From Cyanobacteria bacterium auto_48_18 (GTDB lineage Bacteria > Cyanobacteriota > Vampirovibrionia > Obscuribacterales > Obscuribacteraceae), in the NCBI GenBank assembly GCA_036170915.1, contig JAVHQC010000022.1:191420-255419 (forward strand): a stretch of DNA of 64,000 bases. The letters run 5' to 3'. Both the position numbers and the translations under genes were made by a program. Position 1 is the first letter of the stretch; the number at the start of each line of letters is the position of its first letter. Shown piece after piece: positions 30,828 to 39,980 of the stretch. Under the pieces are notes generated by a model. The model made no database searches. It saw nothing but the letters and a program-made list of their open reading frames with translations, and was not told the origin of the DNA.

Positions 30828-30991
30828 AGCAGCCTCCTGGCCTCACTGTGGCTTTTGATATACAGCTCACACTCTAATATGAGACGGAATTAGGAGAGCA
30901 CTGTTCCCGAAAACAAAATTTACCGGCGAATCGCCCATCTACCGCCCCGATTGCTTTAAAATGCTGAGCACATCTTTTATTTGAGGCCAAA

Positions 30992-31945
30992 GTGTTCGTC
31001 AATCGCAGGCAATTTGCCAGATCATTTGCCCTGGCTTCCATGACTTTGTTGCTACCGCTAAGTGCGCTGGCTGCGCCGGTTGAACTCAAGCAGGCCGCCG
31101 ACGGCAGGGCTGCTCAGGGTGCTCTGGCATTGCCTGTAAGTAGCATCGGCAGTTTACTTCTACCCAGTGGCCAGATCACTGTGGAAGGGCAAAATGTCGA
31201 GGTGGGCGCCGTGCCAGAATGGCTTTTTGACCGCCATACGGTTCTGAAAGGGGTATTGGTCCAGCTCGATGTGGCAGGCCCTGCTGGGGCGACAGCTCCG
31301 ACAGCTCCTACGACTCCTACAGCTACCACGGCCTCTTCGGCCCTCAGTGGCCTTGTGTATTTTAATGGCGGCGATTGGCTAAAGAATCTTCGCCGCGGTC
31401 GTGCCAAAGAAACCATCGAAACTGCCGACGGGCAGACTTATCAGGGCCAGATCACTGGAATAACTAAAGATCAAATTGCTATTGATTTGTTACCCGGGCA
31501 GAGCAAAAATATTGCCCTGGCCAATGTCAAAAATATTGTTTCGCCCTACAGCTATCGCTTTAGTGCGCCTGCCGGCGAAGTCAAACTTTCGCCTGACACG
31601 GGCACCACAATCTGTGATGCCGGCATCGTTACCTTTGCCCCATCGAGCTCGCAGCCAAGATTGGCCAGCATGTTTACCTCAAGACCTGGATCTTCAACGC
31701 CTGTACTGAAACTACCCAAATCAGATCTGGCCGGCACCGAGGGTGGTATCACTAAAAAAGCCATTGCCTTTATGATTACCGCCGACGCCGTCAACACCAT
31801 TGCGCCTGCCATCGCTATTCCGCTCACAGCCACCCTTGGCATACGTCGTGCTGAAAATACACTGAATGGTTTTACCAACGCTAATTTGGCCAACGATTTC
31901 ATCTTCAAGATTCCGCTGGTCACTCCGCCTACTTCTCGCTTCTAA
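30992..31945 (+). CDS. Exported hypothetical protein (Tat-like signal)
   Basis: NRRQFA + hydrophobic helix + ALA; Ala/Pro/Thr linker. Confidence 0.7.
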   Translation: MFVNRRQFARSFALASMTLLLPLSALAAPVELKQAADGRAAQGALALPVSSIGSLLLPSGQITVEGQNVEVGAVPEWLFDRHTVLKGVLVQLDVAGPAGATAPTAPTTPTATTASSALSGLVYFNGGDWLKNLRRGRAKETIETADGQTYQGQITGITKDQIAIDLLPGQSKNIALANVKNIVSPYSYRFSAPAGEVKLSPDTGTTICDAGIVTFAPSSSQPRLASMFTSRPGSSTPVLKLPKSDLAGTEGGITKKAIAFMITADAVNTIAPAIAIPLTATLGIRRAENTLNGFTNANLANDFIFKIPLVTPPTSRF

Positions 31946-32025
31946 TTAGATTAGCTTCAATGCGTGTCAGTGCACGTTCAGCTCGCTTGTAAGGCGTTCT
32001 CGGTCAGTGACGCTCAGTTACGATC

Positions 32026-33714
32026 TTAAAGCGCCGGGCGATAAGTCTCAATCGGCCGACCGCAAGACTGTTCTAAGTCTGTGTAGGCTTCTTGATAGGC
32101 CCGCACGGCGTCTAGATATTGGCTGCGCACGGCAACGTTTTGTTGTTGCACCTGCAGTGTGGCGGTAATATCAGACTGACCAACTTCGTAGCTGCGACGA
32201 GCCAGGCGAGCCACTTCATATGAGTCTGCCAGAATGTGTTCTTGATAGACTTTGAGCTTTTGTCTGGCGGCCAGCACGTTGTTGTAGGCTGAAGAAACCT
32301 GCGCAATAATCAAATTGCGCTGTGACCCCATTTCATATTTAAGTTGTGTGGCCGTGGCTCTGAGCCGATAAATTTCGCCCTGATTCCAATTGGTGAGAGG
32401 CGTTTCTGCCACCACTGTGAAAAATACAGAGTTTACTTTGGGGCCAGTTGGCGCGTTACCAGAGACCGAATTGCCGAAGCTGACGCTCGGATTTGGCACC
32501 ACATTGGCGATGGCCGTGCGCATCTGAGCTTTATTCAAAGCAATGCGTTGATTAACGCTTTTCAGCTCTAGTCTTTGATCGAGAGCCTTTTGTATATATG
32601 ATGCAAGCGTTGGCGGTTCGATGCTGAAATCGGGCAAAAGCTGGCTTTTCTGTGACGCATCAAGCTTGGGCTGACTGGTGCCTAAAAAGGCCGGCAGTCG
32701 AGGAATATTGACCAGATCTTCAGGTTTGCGGCCCATGATTACATTGAGCTGCTGTTTAGCGCGAATTACCCGGCGCATGCCCACCTGCCGCTCCACATCA
32801 GACTGTGAAGTGGCCAGTCGAGCTTTGAGTACGTCCAATTCGGGCACATCTCCGGCTTGAAAGCGTTTGCTCGAGACTTCCAGCAAGCGACTGGCCAGGT
32901 CGTACAAAGAATTGAGCGTCTCAACTGTCTCTTGAGCTACCACTACTTCAGTATAGGCTCGGCGCACATCAGCCCTGAGTGCCCAAATTGCAGTCATCAA
33001 ATCGGTCTTGGTTTGCTCTACCAGCCTTTTGGTGGCGAGCAGGCGAAATACTAATTTCCAGGGGCCTTCAACGGTAAAGGTGGGGCCAATGCGCCTGACC
33101 TGTTCGCCCAGTGGCGCTCGGTCAAAAAGAAAGGCGGGGTTAGGGCCGGCAGCAGCGTCGGCATAATTGGCCGTCGTAATCTGTAGCTGTGACCTGATGG
33201 CCGCCGCTCGTGGACTTTTAACCAGCGCTTCGTCTAGTGCTTGCACAATGGAGAGCCCAGAACCTGCGGGCTTGGGCTGCTCAGTAAACTGAATATTACC
33301 AGAAACCGCACCGGCGCCTGTTTGGCCGGCGTCGACTTGCCCGGTATTTGCCTGATCCGCGTTTTTGCTAACGTCTGAAGTTGCAGGCGTGCCGGCGGCA
33401 TCTGGATTTAAGCGCATAGGGCGTAAAGCCGGCATGTCACTATTGAAAGTATCGCCAGTGCCTAAACCAGGCGACGTCATTGGCTGACTGATGGTGCCAG
33501 ACGACACTCCAGTTGAGGTGCCAGATGATGATGACGCTGGTGCCGAATAGCTGCTATGGGAGGGGGTAGTGTTGGGCGGAATGGCTGCTGCTGATGCCAG
33601 TTGAGCCTGCTCAACCGGAGCGGCGTGCAAGTTTTGAGCGGATGCGGCACTCAGCAAAAGACTGATTGCCAGAGGCACGAGATATTTAGAATTCACGGGT
33701 GGTAAGACATTCAT
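32026..33714 (-). CDS. TolC/CzcC-family outer-membrane efflux protein
   Basis: Signal peptide; two OEP repeats (RFQAGDVPELDV, SYEVGQSDITA); long Ser/Thr-rich N-terminal extension. Confidence 0.88.
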   Translation of the reverse strand: MNVLPPVNSKYLVPLAISLLLSAASAQNLHAAPVEQAQLASAAAIPPNTTPSHSSYSAPASSSSGTSTGVSSGTISQPMTSPGLGTGDTFNSDMPALRPMRLNPDAAGTPATSDVSKNADQANTGQVDAGQTGAGAVSGNIQFTEQPKPAGSGLSIVQALDEALVKSPRAAAIRSQLQITTANYADAAAGPNPAFLFDRAPLGEQVRRIGPTFTVEGPWKLVFRLLATKRLVEQTKTDLMTAIWALRADVRRAYTEVVVAQETVETLNSLYDLASRLLEVSSKRFQAGDVPELDVLKARLATSQSDVERQVGMRRVIRAKQQLNVIMGRKPEDLVNIPRLPAFLGTSQPKLDASQKSQLLPDFSIEPPTLASYIQKALDQRLELKSVNQRIALNKAQMRTAIANVVPNPSVSFGNSVSGNAPTGPKVNSVFFTVVAETPLTNWNQGEIYRLRATATQLKYEMGSQRNLIIAQVSSAYNNVLAARQKLKVYQEHILADSYEVARLARRSYEVGQSDITATLQVQQQNVAVRSQYLDAVRAYQEAYTDLEQSCGRPIETYRPAL

Positions 33715-33870
33715 GGGGTTATTTTGTTTAAGAGCCGCTCAAGTATAGTTTTCACGGCGAGTGGCTTCTCTTATAATCTGCTAACATTGAGGGCGTCGCA
33801 TGAGCAGCAAAGGCTAGCCAGGTGCGGCTCCTGTCAGTATGGAAGGAACAAATATCAGCGCCAGGACAGC

Positions 33871-34719
33871 ATGAATAATAAGGAAAGCCGGGCATTTCTA
33901 AAAGGAGAGATGGATTTCACTCCTCAGCGAATGATGCGCTACATTCGCTCGCGCGCGCGAATCGCTACAGACGAGGATATCGAAGATATCCTTCAGAATG
34001 CTTTGGTGCTGGTAACGAAGCATTTCGATCCCAGCCATCCTGAGGCAAAATTGGCGCCCTACTGCCTTGGCGCATGTAACAAAGCTATTGCACAAAACCT
34101 GGAGCGCTATCACAAAGTCGCTTTGAAAAAGCGTGAAGTCAAAGCCGGGGCGTCCATCAGCCCGGCAGAATTAGAAACAGATTTTGAATTAGACGATGAC
34201 GCTAAAGATGTAGCCGAGTCGGTGAAAAAAGCTGCAGCCGCCTCAGCGGCCTCTGCGCGGGCCCTTGCTGCCACCCTCAAAGTCGCCAGCGAAGTAGAAG
34301 TAGAACTGGATGGCAGCGTTATGTCGGTTCAGACTTTAGCGCCGGGTAAAGCTTTCGATGAAGCCCCCTCAACCACCAGCCAGTACCGCACAACCTCACT
34401 TGATTCAATGTTTGATGAAGACGACAACCGCTCTGCCGATGACCTGCTGGGCGGCGATAATGTGGTTTCGTCAGGAACTGGCTCGAAAGATCCTGCCGCT
34501 CGAGCATTAATTAATGATCTGGTTGAGCGCATTCTCGACGAGCTACCACCTGGTATTCACCGCACCTGCTTCATTTTGAAATATGTTGAAGGTTATAAGC
34601 GAGAAGATTTGATTGCATGTCTAAAAATGGATGCGAAGAGTATAGATACCATCGACAAGAGAATTGTGAGAACCCTCAAAGCGTTCAAAGACAAGATGGA
34701 CCAGCAAGAAGCGCATTAG
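33871..34719 (+). CDS. Atypical sigma-70/ECF-like sigma factor
   Basis: Region 2-like DIEDILQNAL..FDP, region 4-like LDELP...CFILKYVEG; long acidic spacer; start 33871 or 33910. Confidence 0.72.
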   Translation: MNNKESRAFLKGEMDFTPQRMMRYIRSRARIATDEDIEDILQNALVLVTKHFDPSHPEAKLAPYCLGACNKAIAQNLERYHKVALKKREVKAGASISPAELETDFELDDDAKDVAESVKKAAAASAASARALAATLKVASEVEVELDGSVMSVQTLAPGKAFDEAPSTTSQYRTTSLDSMFDEDDNRSADDLLGGDNVVSSGTGSKDPAARALINDLVERILDELPPGIHRTCFILKYVEGYKREDLIACLKMDAKSIDTIDKRIVRTLKAFKDKMDQQEAH

Positions 34720-34738
34720 TTAATTCCAGGAGACGGCA

Positions 34739-35455
34739 ATGACTACCCTTAACGACAAACTAGCCCAATTAACCAAGGCTATGGCAAACGGAGACGAGAG
34801 CTCGTGTGCTCTTTCTTTCGAAAAGTTCTGCCAGGAAAATTTCCAGGAGCTGCCTTTGCCTGGAGAAAACAAATTATTTGACCAGGCCATGTGGACTGCC
34901 AGTCAGTTCATGCCTTTGACTAAAAAGGATGAGGCAATAGTCAAACGTGTGACGGGCAATATGCTCGAAGCCATAAGCCCAGTAACTGTGGCAGTGGCCC
35001 AGGCTACTGCTGCTACCGAAAAATCAGTATTTGCTTTGCGTGATCTCGTTGGTCAAGCTCGTGAGTCGGCCGCGGCTGTCTGGCAAGACATGCTCAGCGC
35101 TCAGCAATGGCAGCAAATGGTGCCAGCTGGTGCTACCCGTGGTGTCGGCGCGCAATTAGTGTCTATGGGCACATTTGAACGCACCGTTGATGATGTGCGC
35201 ATCCAAGTTAACCTCGGTTGGCTAATAGACGAAAACAATTTGCGAGTTTTGTTGCAAGCCAAAGATGCTGAAGAGAATGCCATTCCTGAAGTAGAAGTGC
35301 GAATTAGCGAACACGACCGTGGTGTGGTCTTCTCGCGCATGACCAATCAAGACGGTGCCATGGTGGCACCAGCAGTAAAAGTAGGACCAGGGCAATATCA
35401 GATTCAAGTGTTCTGGGCAGACAAAGTCGTTGAGACGCCGTTCTTCCGCATCTAG
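34739..35455 (+). CDS. Hypothetical protein, candidate cytoplasmic anti-sigma (DUF1822-like C-terminal beta-sandwich)
   Basis: AGGAG SD, 19 nt after sigma gene; helical N-terminus, beta-rich C-terminus (PGQYQIQV). Confidence 0.55.
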   Translation: MTTLNDKLAQLTKAMANGDESSCALSFEKFCQENFQELPLPGENKLFDQAMWTASQFMPLTKKDEAIVKRVTGNMLEAISPVTVAVAQATAATEKSVFALRDLVGQARESAAAVWQDMLSAQQWQQMVPAGATRGVGAQLVSMGTFERTVDDVRIQVNLGWLIDENNLRVLLQAKDAEENAIPEVEVRISEHDRGVVFSRMTNQDGAMVAPAVKVGPGQYQIQVFWADKVVETPFFRI

Positions 35456-35503
35456 TTAGATATTTCTTGTCATTGCCTTAAAAACAGAAGTAGATACATA
35501 GTT

Positions 35504-35535
35504 AAAAGGGCTTTCTCCTGAGCCCTTTTTTCTTT
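35504..35535 (+). terminator. Intrinsic terminator
   Basis: aaaagggct-ttctcctg-agcccttttttctttt. Confidence 0.75.
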
Positions 35536-35642
35536 TGCGGAACTTTCAAGATGTCTTCGAGCCGCTAGTCTCGGCAGCCGACGCTGTAATCTTGGGCAAT
35601 CTAAATTGTGTGACTGGTAGATCGCATTTTTCGCGCCTAAGA

Positions 35643-35695
35643 AATTTTACAACTCATAAGTTGTAGAATTTTACAACCTGGAGGTTGTAAAAATT
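35643..35695. repeat. Two tandem palindromic units with 24-bp period
   Basis: aattttacaact-cata-agttgtag then aattttacaacc-tgga-ggttgtaaaaatt. Confidence 0.85.
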
Positions 35696-35758
35696 CGTAG
35701 GCAGTGAAAAAGGTCTTTGCGGGGGTGAGAAAATTTTGCGATCTATCTAGGAATCTGG

Positions 35759-37060
35759 CTAAGAATCCGGCAATCCTGCCAACTTGTAACTATAAGAAAG
35801 GCTGCTTCCCAATTCAGTTCGCGGGTGCATGCCTGCGTTCTTCGCTGCAAGTGTCGATTTTAAAATAATTTGTTGGAGAAATGATTGATAGGCCACGCCT
35901 TTATTAGGCAACACTGACCCGACGAAATAGTTGTCGATGAGCGGCACGATTAAGTCGGCCACCGTGTGTTTATATGGTTGCTCACTTGAAGCGCGTCCGA
36001 TATCCACCAGGTTGAAACGTTTGCCCACCGGGTCAATAAGAATATTGCCCGGCTTAGACGGGTCAAATTGCATACCGTTTTTTTCCACCATCATCATTGT
36101 TCTGGCTAAATCGTCGTAAGCAGATTGTGGTAACTCTGCGCTGGTTTTTACACTCCTAGCGAAAATCGCTTCAGCCGCTTCTAAGCCAATCTTTTTGCGT
36201 TCTGAATAACCAGGCCCACCAGCCGCAAATCCGTTCTGTTTTTTGAGAATTTCGTAGTCGCCCATTTTAGCTACAGATTGGCCCACATTATGCTCAGGCA
36301 TCACGTCTACAACTGGTTCAAGCTTGCCGCCTTGCGGATTTTTACGGCCGTATTCTGCCACTTTGACCACAAAGTCATCAGTGAAATCAAGCTTGTAGAC
36401 CGCACCGTTGCTGCCTCGACCTAAGAAATTTTCTTCTCTCACAGAGGCTACGACATTCTGCTCTGATGCGCGATTAGCTTTCAGTTGCGACGATAACTTG
36501 TCAAAATTCAAAGGTCGAATTGCGGCTGTTTCGCTAAGACGGACGCTTCTAGCGCCTAAGCCGAAGCCGGCCAATCCAGAGGCAGCCATTAATGGATAAT
36601 CGAAAGCCATAGAGCCAAGATTGCTGCTCAGCTCTCTTTTGCTTTTCTCAAAATTGTTTGGATTTTTCCAGAGATCATAAGCAGGCACGCCAACTTTAGA
36701 GCCGATGTCGTAAACCGCCACGGCGCCAAATATTTTGCCTGCATTGGCTACGGCGCCTTCCACGTAAGGAGCCAGTACTTTTCCGAACACTTGAGGCTTT
36801 TTCAGAGCCAGAGCAAAACCCGCACCGATAGCTACACTGCCAGCTACTTCCAATGCTGTTTCACCGATTTTGTCGCTGGTGGCAGACTTGGCACGGGCAA
36901 CAAATGCTTGCGGCGCCTCTTTTGCAGAGCCCAACAACAAATTTGCTTGTTGCGAAAGCTTTTCTGAAACGCTTAAGTCATCTAAATCAGCGCGTTGCCA
37001 ATCGGCAGCTTGATCAGCTTTTGGTGAATTTGGCTTATCGTCTGCTGCAAGTTTGGGCAA
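35759..37060 (-). CDS. Protein with hydrophobic N-terminal region and C-terminal protein-kinase-like domain
   Basis: LGRGSNGAVYK Gly loop, VVKV, DPSKPGNILI catalytic loop, LVDIG. Confidence 0.72.
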   Translation of the reverse strand: MPKLAADDKPNSPKADQAADWQRADLDDLSVSEKLSQQANLLLGSAKEAPQAFVARAKSATSDKIGETALEVAGSVAIGAGFALALKKPQVFGKVLAPYVEGAVANAGKIFGAVAVYDIGSKVGVPAYDLWKNPNNFEKSKRELSSNLGSMAFDYPLMAASGLAGFGLGARSVRLSETAAIRPLNFDKLSSQLKANRASEQNVVASVREENFLGRGSNGAVYKLDFTDDFVVKVAEYGRKNPQGGKLEPVVDVMPEHNVGQSVAKMGDYEILKKQNGFAAGGPGYSERKKIGLEAAEAIFARSVKTSAELPQSAYDDLARTMMMVEKNGMQFDPSKPGNILIDPVGKRFNLVDIGRASSEQPYKHTVADLIVPLIDNYFVGSVLPNKGVAYQSFLQQIILKSTLAAKNAGMHPRTELGSSLSYSYKLAGLPDS

Positions 37061-37157
37061 AAAAGTACCTGAAGAATAGCTGAAAATGCCGCAGAATTAG
37101 CCTCAGGCTATCTGCTTACTTTCAATTACTCTAACAAATGAAAGCGGCAGCGACAAA

Positions 37158-38507
37158 TTATTCTTTGGTTTGCACGACTTTCTCTAAGTAAACGGCATTG
37201 GCCACAGCGTTAGAAACGCTTTCATGCACTTCACGGTCGAGAATGCTGGGGACGATATTGTCCATTTTTGTTTGACCGCAAATTGCGTGGGCCGCTGCCA
37301 GTTTCATGGCATCGGTAAAATGCGTGGCGTGAGCTCTTAGAGCGCCTCTAAACAAACCAGGAAAAGACAGGGCATTGTTAATAGTGCGACCGTCGGCTGC
37401 AAAAAGTGCACCGCGCTTCATTGCCTCTTCCGGCTTAATTTCAGGATCTGGATTGGATAGCGCCAGTATCACCTGACCGCTTCGAATCATTTCAGGAGTT
37501 ATCAGACCTGGTTTGCCTGTGGTTGCTACCACCACGTCTGAGTTGCTCATTATTTCAGTAAGAGTCATGGCTGTGCCACCAAGAGTGGTGAGTCTGTGCT
37601 TGGCGGGTTCGCGAATGTCGGTGCCGTATACGTCTTTAACACCGTAAGAAAGCAAAAGTTCTGCAATTCCTGACCCGGCTGCACCCAGGCCGATAATGCC
37701 GACTTTACTGGTGGTAAGATCGACGCCATTACGCTGAGTGATGGTAATCAGTGCTGCCAGCACAACTACCGCTGTAGCGTGTTGGTCGTCATGCAAAACT
37801 GGTATGTTGAGCTCTTCTTGCAGACGACGCTCAATTTCAAAACATTCTGGTGCGGCGATGTCTTCTAAGTGAATGGCACCAAATGTAGGGGCAATTGCCT
37901 TGACTGTAGCCACCACACTATCCACATCTGTATTGTTCATCAAAATTGGAATTGCGCTGATGCCCACAAGCTGTTCATATAAAACAGACTTACCTTCCAT
38001 AACCGGCATACCGGCCACGGCCCCAATATTGCCCAGACCAAGGACCGCTGTGCCATTGGTAACTACTGCTACTGAATTGCCGATAGATGTGTAAGTGCGA
38101 CTGGTGCTGATGTCTTGTTGAATTAGTTTACAGATTTGCGCCACTCCGGGTGTGTATATTTTGCGCATTTCGGCGATGCTGGTTAATGGCACTTTGCTTT
38201 TGATGCCAATCTTGCCGCCTTCGTGAGCTTGCTCCACTGGGTCAATAACCGCTTCTAGACTGGCGCTTGCAAGGCTCTTTAAACCTTCCACCACATGGTT
38301 CAAATGATTGTCGTCGTCAAGATAAAGGGTAATGTCTCGTACGAGAAAATCAGGGCCCTGAGCAAATATGCTGATTTCGCCAATGTTGGCGCCCAGTTCA
38401 CCGAGTCTGGTGGCAATCTGTCCGAGATATCCGGGCTTATCCATCACGCGCACGCGGAAGGTGCGCAGGATCTTAGCTTCCGGTCGAACTAATGAGGTCA
38501 TGGCCAT
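37158..38507 (-). CDS. Malic enzyme with N-terminal ACT domain
   Basis: ACT (DKPGYLG), YTPGVA, VTNGTAVLGLG, PVMEGK, LEDI, HDDQH, GLGAAG, LSNP. Confidence 0.92.
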   Translation of the reverse strand: MAMTSLVRPEAKILRTFRVRVMDKPGYLGQIATRLGELGANIGEISIFAQGPDFLVRDITLYLDDDNHLNHVVEGLKSLASASLEAVIDPVEQAHEGGKIGIKSKVPLTSIAEMRKIYTPGVAQICKLIQQDISTSRTYTSIGNSVAVVTNGTAVLGLGNIGAVAGMPVMEGKSVLYEQLVGISAIPILMNNTDVDSVVATVKAIAPTFGAIHLEDIAAPECFEIERRLQEELNIPVLHDDQHATAVVVLAALITITQRNGVDLTTSKVGIIGLGAAGSGIAELLLSYGVKDVYGTDIREPAKHRLTTLGGTAMTLTEIMSNSDVVVATTGKPGLITPEMIRSGQVILALSNPDPEIKPEEAMKRGALFAADGRTINNALSFPGLFRGALRAHATHFTDAMKLAAAHAICGQTKMDNIVPSILDREVHESVSNAVANAVYLEKVVQTKE

Positions 38508-38524
38508 AAAAAATTGGATACCTT

Positions 38525-38588
38525 TGTTTTGAATATGTGCTGTTTTGAATATGTGCTGTTTTGAATTTGTGCTCTTTTAAATTTGTGA
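38525..38588. repeat. 16-bp direct repeat x4 upstream of malic enzyme
   Basis: tgttttgaatatgtgc x2, tgttttgaatttgtgc, tcttttaaatttgtga. Confidence 0.88.
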
Positions 38589-38606
38589 TGTTGTGAAGTT
38601 TCGAAT

Positions 38607-39980
38607 TTACTCGCCGCTGTGATCGTCGATTTCGGTCCAGGTGCCGAACCAGCGCAACACTTCACCTTGCGAGTTCTTAACCGGCACTGCGCGGCACAGA
38701 TGCCAGAGATAATCACGGCGGCTGGCTGCTGTGGTAGCTTTGCCATGAGGCATAATTTTTCTCACCGAAAGACCAAGGGCACGCTTAAGGCGGAAACGCG
38801 TTTCTAGTGGTTCAGCGGTGTTGATTGCCTGGCGCCATTTTTGATCGTACTCGAAAAGATCATCAGGATGAATTAACAGACGCCAGCCGCCGTGCAGACT
38901 TTGAGGCACAGTCAGGCCGGTATATTCGAACCAGCGATGATTCCAAAAATCAATCGTACCGTTGCTGTCTGCGGTCCAGACTATTTGCGGCATGGCATCG
39001 GCGATGATGCGCAATTGTTCTTCGCTGGCCAGCAGGGCTTCTGTGACACGCCTCTGGTCATCTACATCTGTGGCTATTACAAGCCAGCTCATAGAAGCGG
39101 TGCCGGAGCCGAAGAAAGGCACCACTTTAAGTAAATGCCAGCGGTAGCTGCCTTCATCGTAAAGCAGGTTGGCATCAGGTTCCATGTTGCTTGCGGCATA
39201 ATGACCATTGCGTGTGCCACCAGGTAGATAACCACGCAATCGCACTTCGCACTGGAAATCAGCATATAGCTCGCCTACGGAAAAACCAGTGACGTTGAAA
39301 TCGAGTTTGTCAGTGGGATGCAGCAGTGAAGTCCAGTTCAGTGGTTGATCAAGAGTCAAGCCGGTAAATTCTAAAAAGCCACCGTTTGCATAAGTGATTT
39401 TTCCGTCTGCATCACAAACCCAGAGTAGCTGCGGAATAGCTTCCGCCAGAGTATGCAAATTCGACTCGCGTATAGCCAGTTCTTTTTGCAATTTTTTGCG
39501 TGCGCTCATGTCGAAGAAAAAGATCACCCAGTCGTGCTCCGACGGGCCGTTTTTTGTCAGCCCCACTATCACCGGATGTTTGCGACCATCTTTAGTTAGA
39601 ACTTCGGTTTCCCAGGGGTCAATTCTGCTTGAGGAAACGACGTTCTGGCGCGCTTTTTCTAAATGTTTGTGAGCCGACTTGGGAAAAAAGAAACGTACGT
39701 CCGAACCAAATGCCAGTTCTTCGGCAGAGTATCCACTCATGAGGGCAAATGATTGATTGGCCTCCAGCAGTTTGAAATCACTGTCAAGCATAATCACCGG
39801 CACCGGATCGCTGATGAATGTTGTGGGAATAGACAGATATTCAGGCTTTCCCGCCATAGATTGCAATTGCGCGATGCGCCGTTTTGAGGCTTCTATTTCT
39901 CGCAATAAATATTGATCTTGAGCAGAAACAGCACTGCCTGCAGCGGTTTTTAATCGATCGAGGTCCATGTTCCCACCCAT
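38607..39980 (-). CDS. Triple-PAS protein without output domain
   Basis: PAS motifs (EANQSFALMSGYS; AIPQLLW; AMPQIVW...IHPDD...WFGTWTEID); start 39980 or 39968. Confidence 0.85.
   Translation of the reverse strand: MGGNMDLDRLKTAAGSAVSAQDQYLLREIEASKRRIAQLQSMAGKPEYLSIPTTFISDPVPVIMLDSDFKLLEANQSFALMSGYSAEELAFGSDVRFFFPKSAHKHLEKARQNVVSSSRIDPWETEVLTKDGRKHPVIVGLTKNGPSEHDWVIFFFDMSARKKLQKELAIRESNLHTLAEAIPQLLWVCDADGKITYANGGFLEFTGLTLDQPLNWTSLLHPTDKLDFNVTGFSVGELYADFQCEVRLRGYLPGGTRNGHYAASNMEPDANLLYDEGSYRWHLLKVVPFFGSGTASMSWLVIATDVDDQRRVTEALLASEEQLRIIADAMPQIVWTADSNGTIDFWNHRWFEYTGLTVPQSLHGGWRLLIHPDDLFEYDQKWRQAINTAEPLETRFRLKRALGLSVRKIMPHGKATTAASRRDYLWHLCRAVPVKNSQGEVLRWFGTWTEIDDHSGE

Noticed and set aside
33724..33870. 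Long N-terminal extension of the sigma factor in the ORF track
   Set aside because: TTG start 10 nt from the divergent TolC start leaves no promoter room; downstream ATGs have SD-like sequences
37158..38507. ACT-malic enzyme fusion as a novelty
   Set aside because: Known architecture in several bacterial phyla
38498..38746. 82-aa ORF across the PAS/malic junction
   Set aside because: Overlaps both real genes and merely reads through the 16-bp repeats
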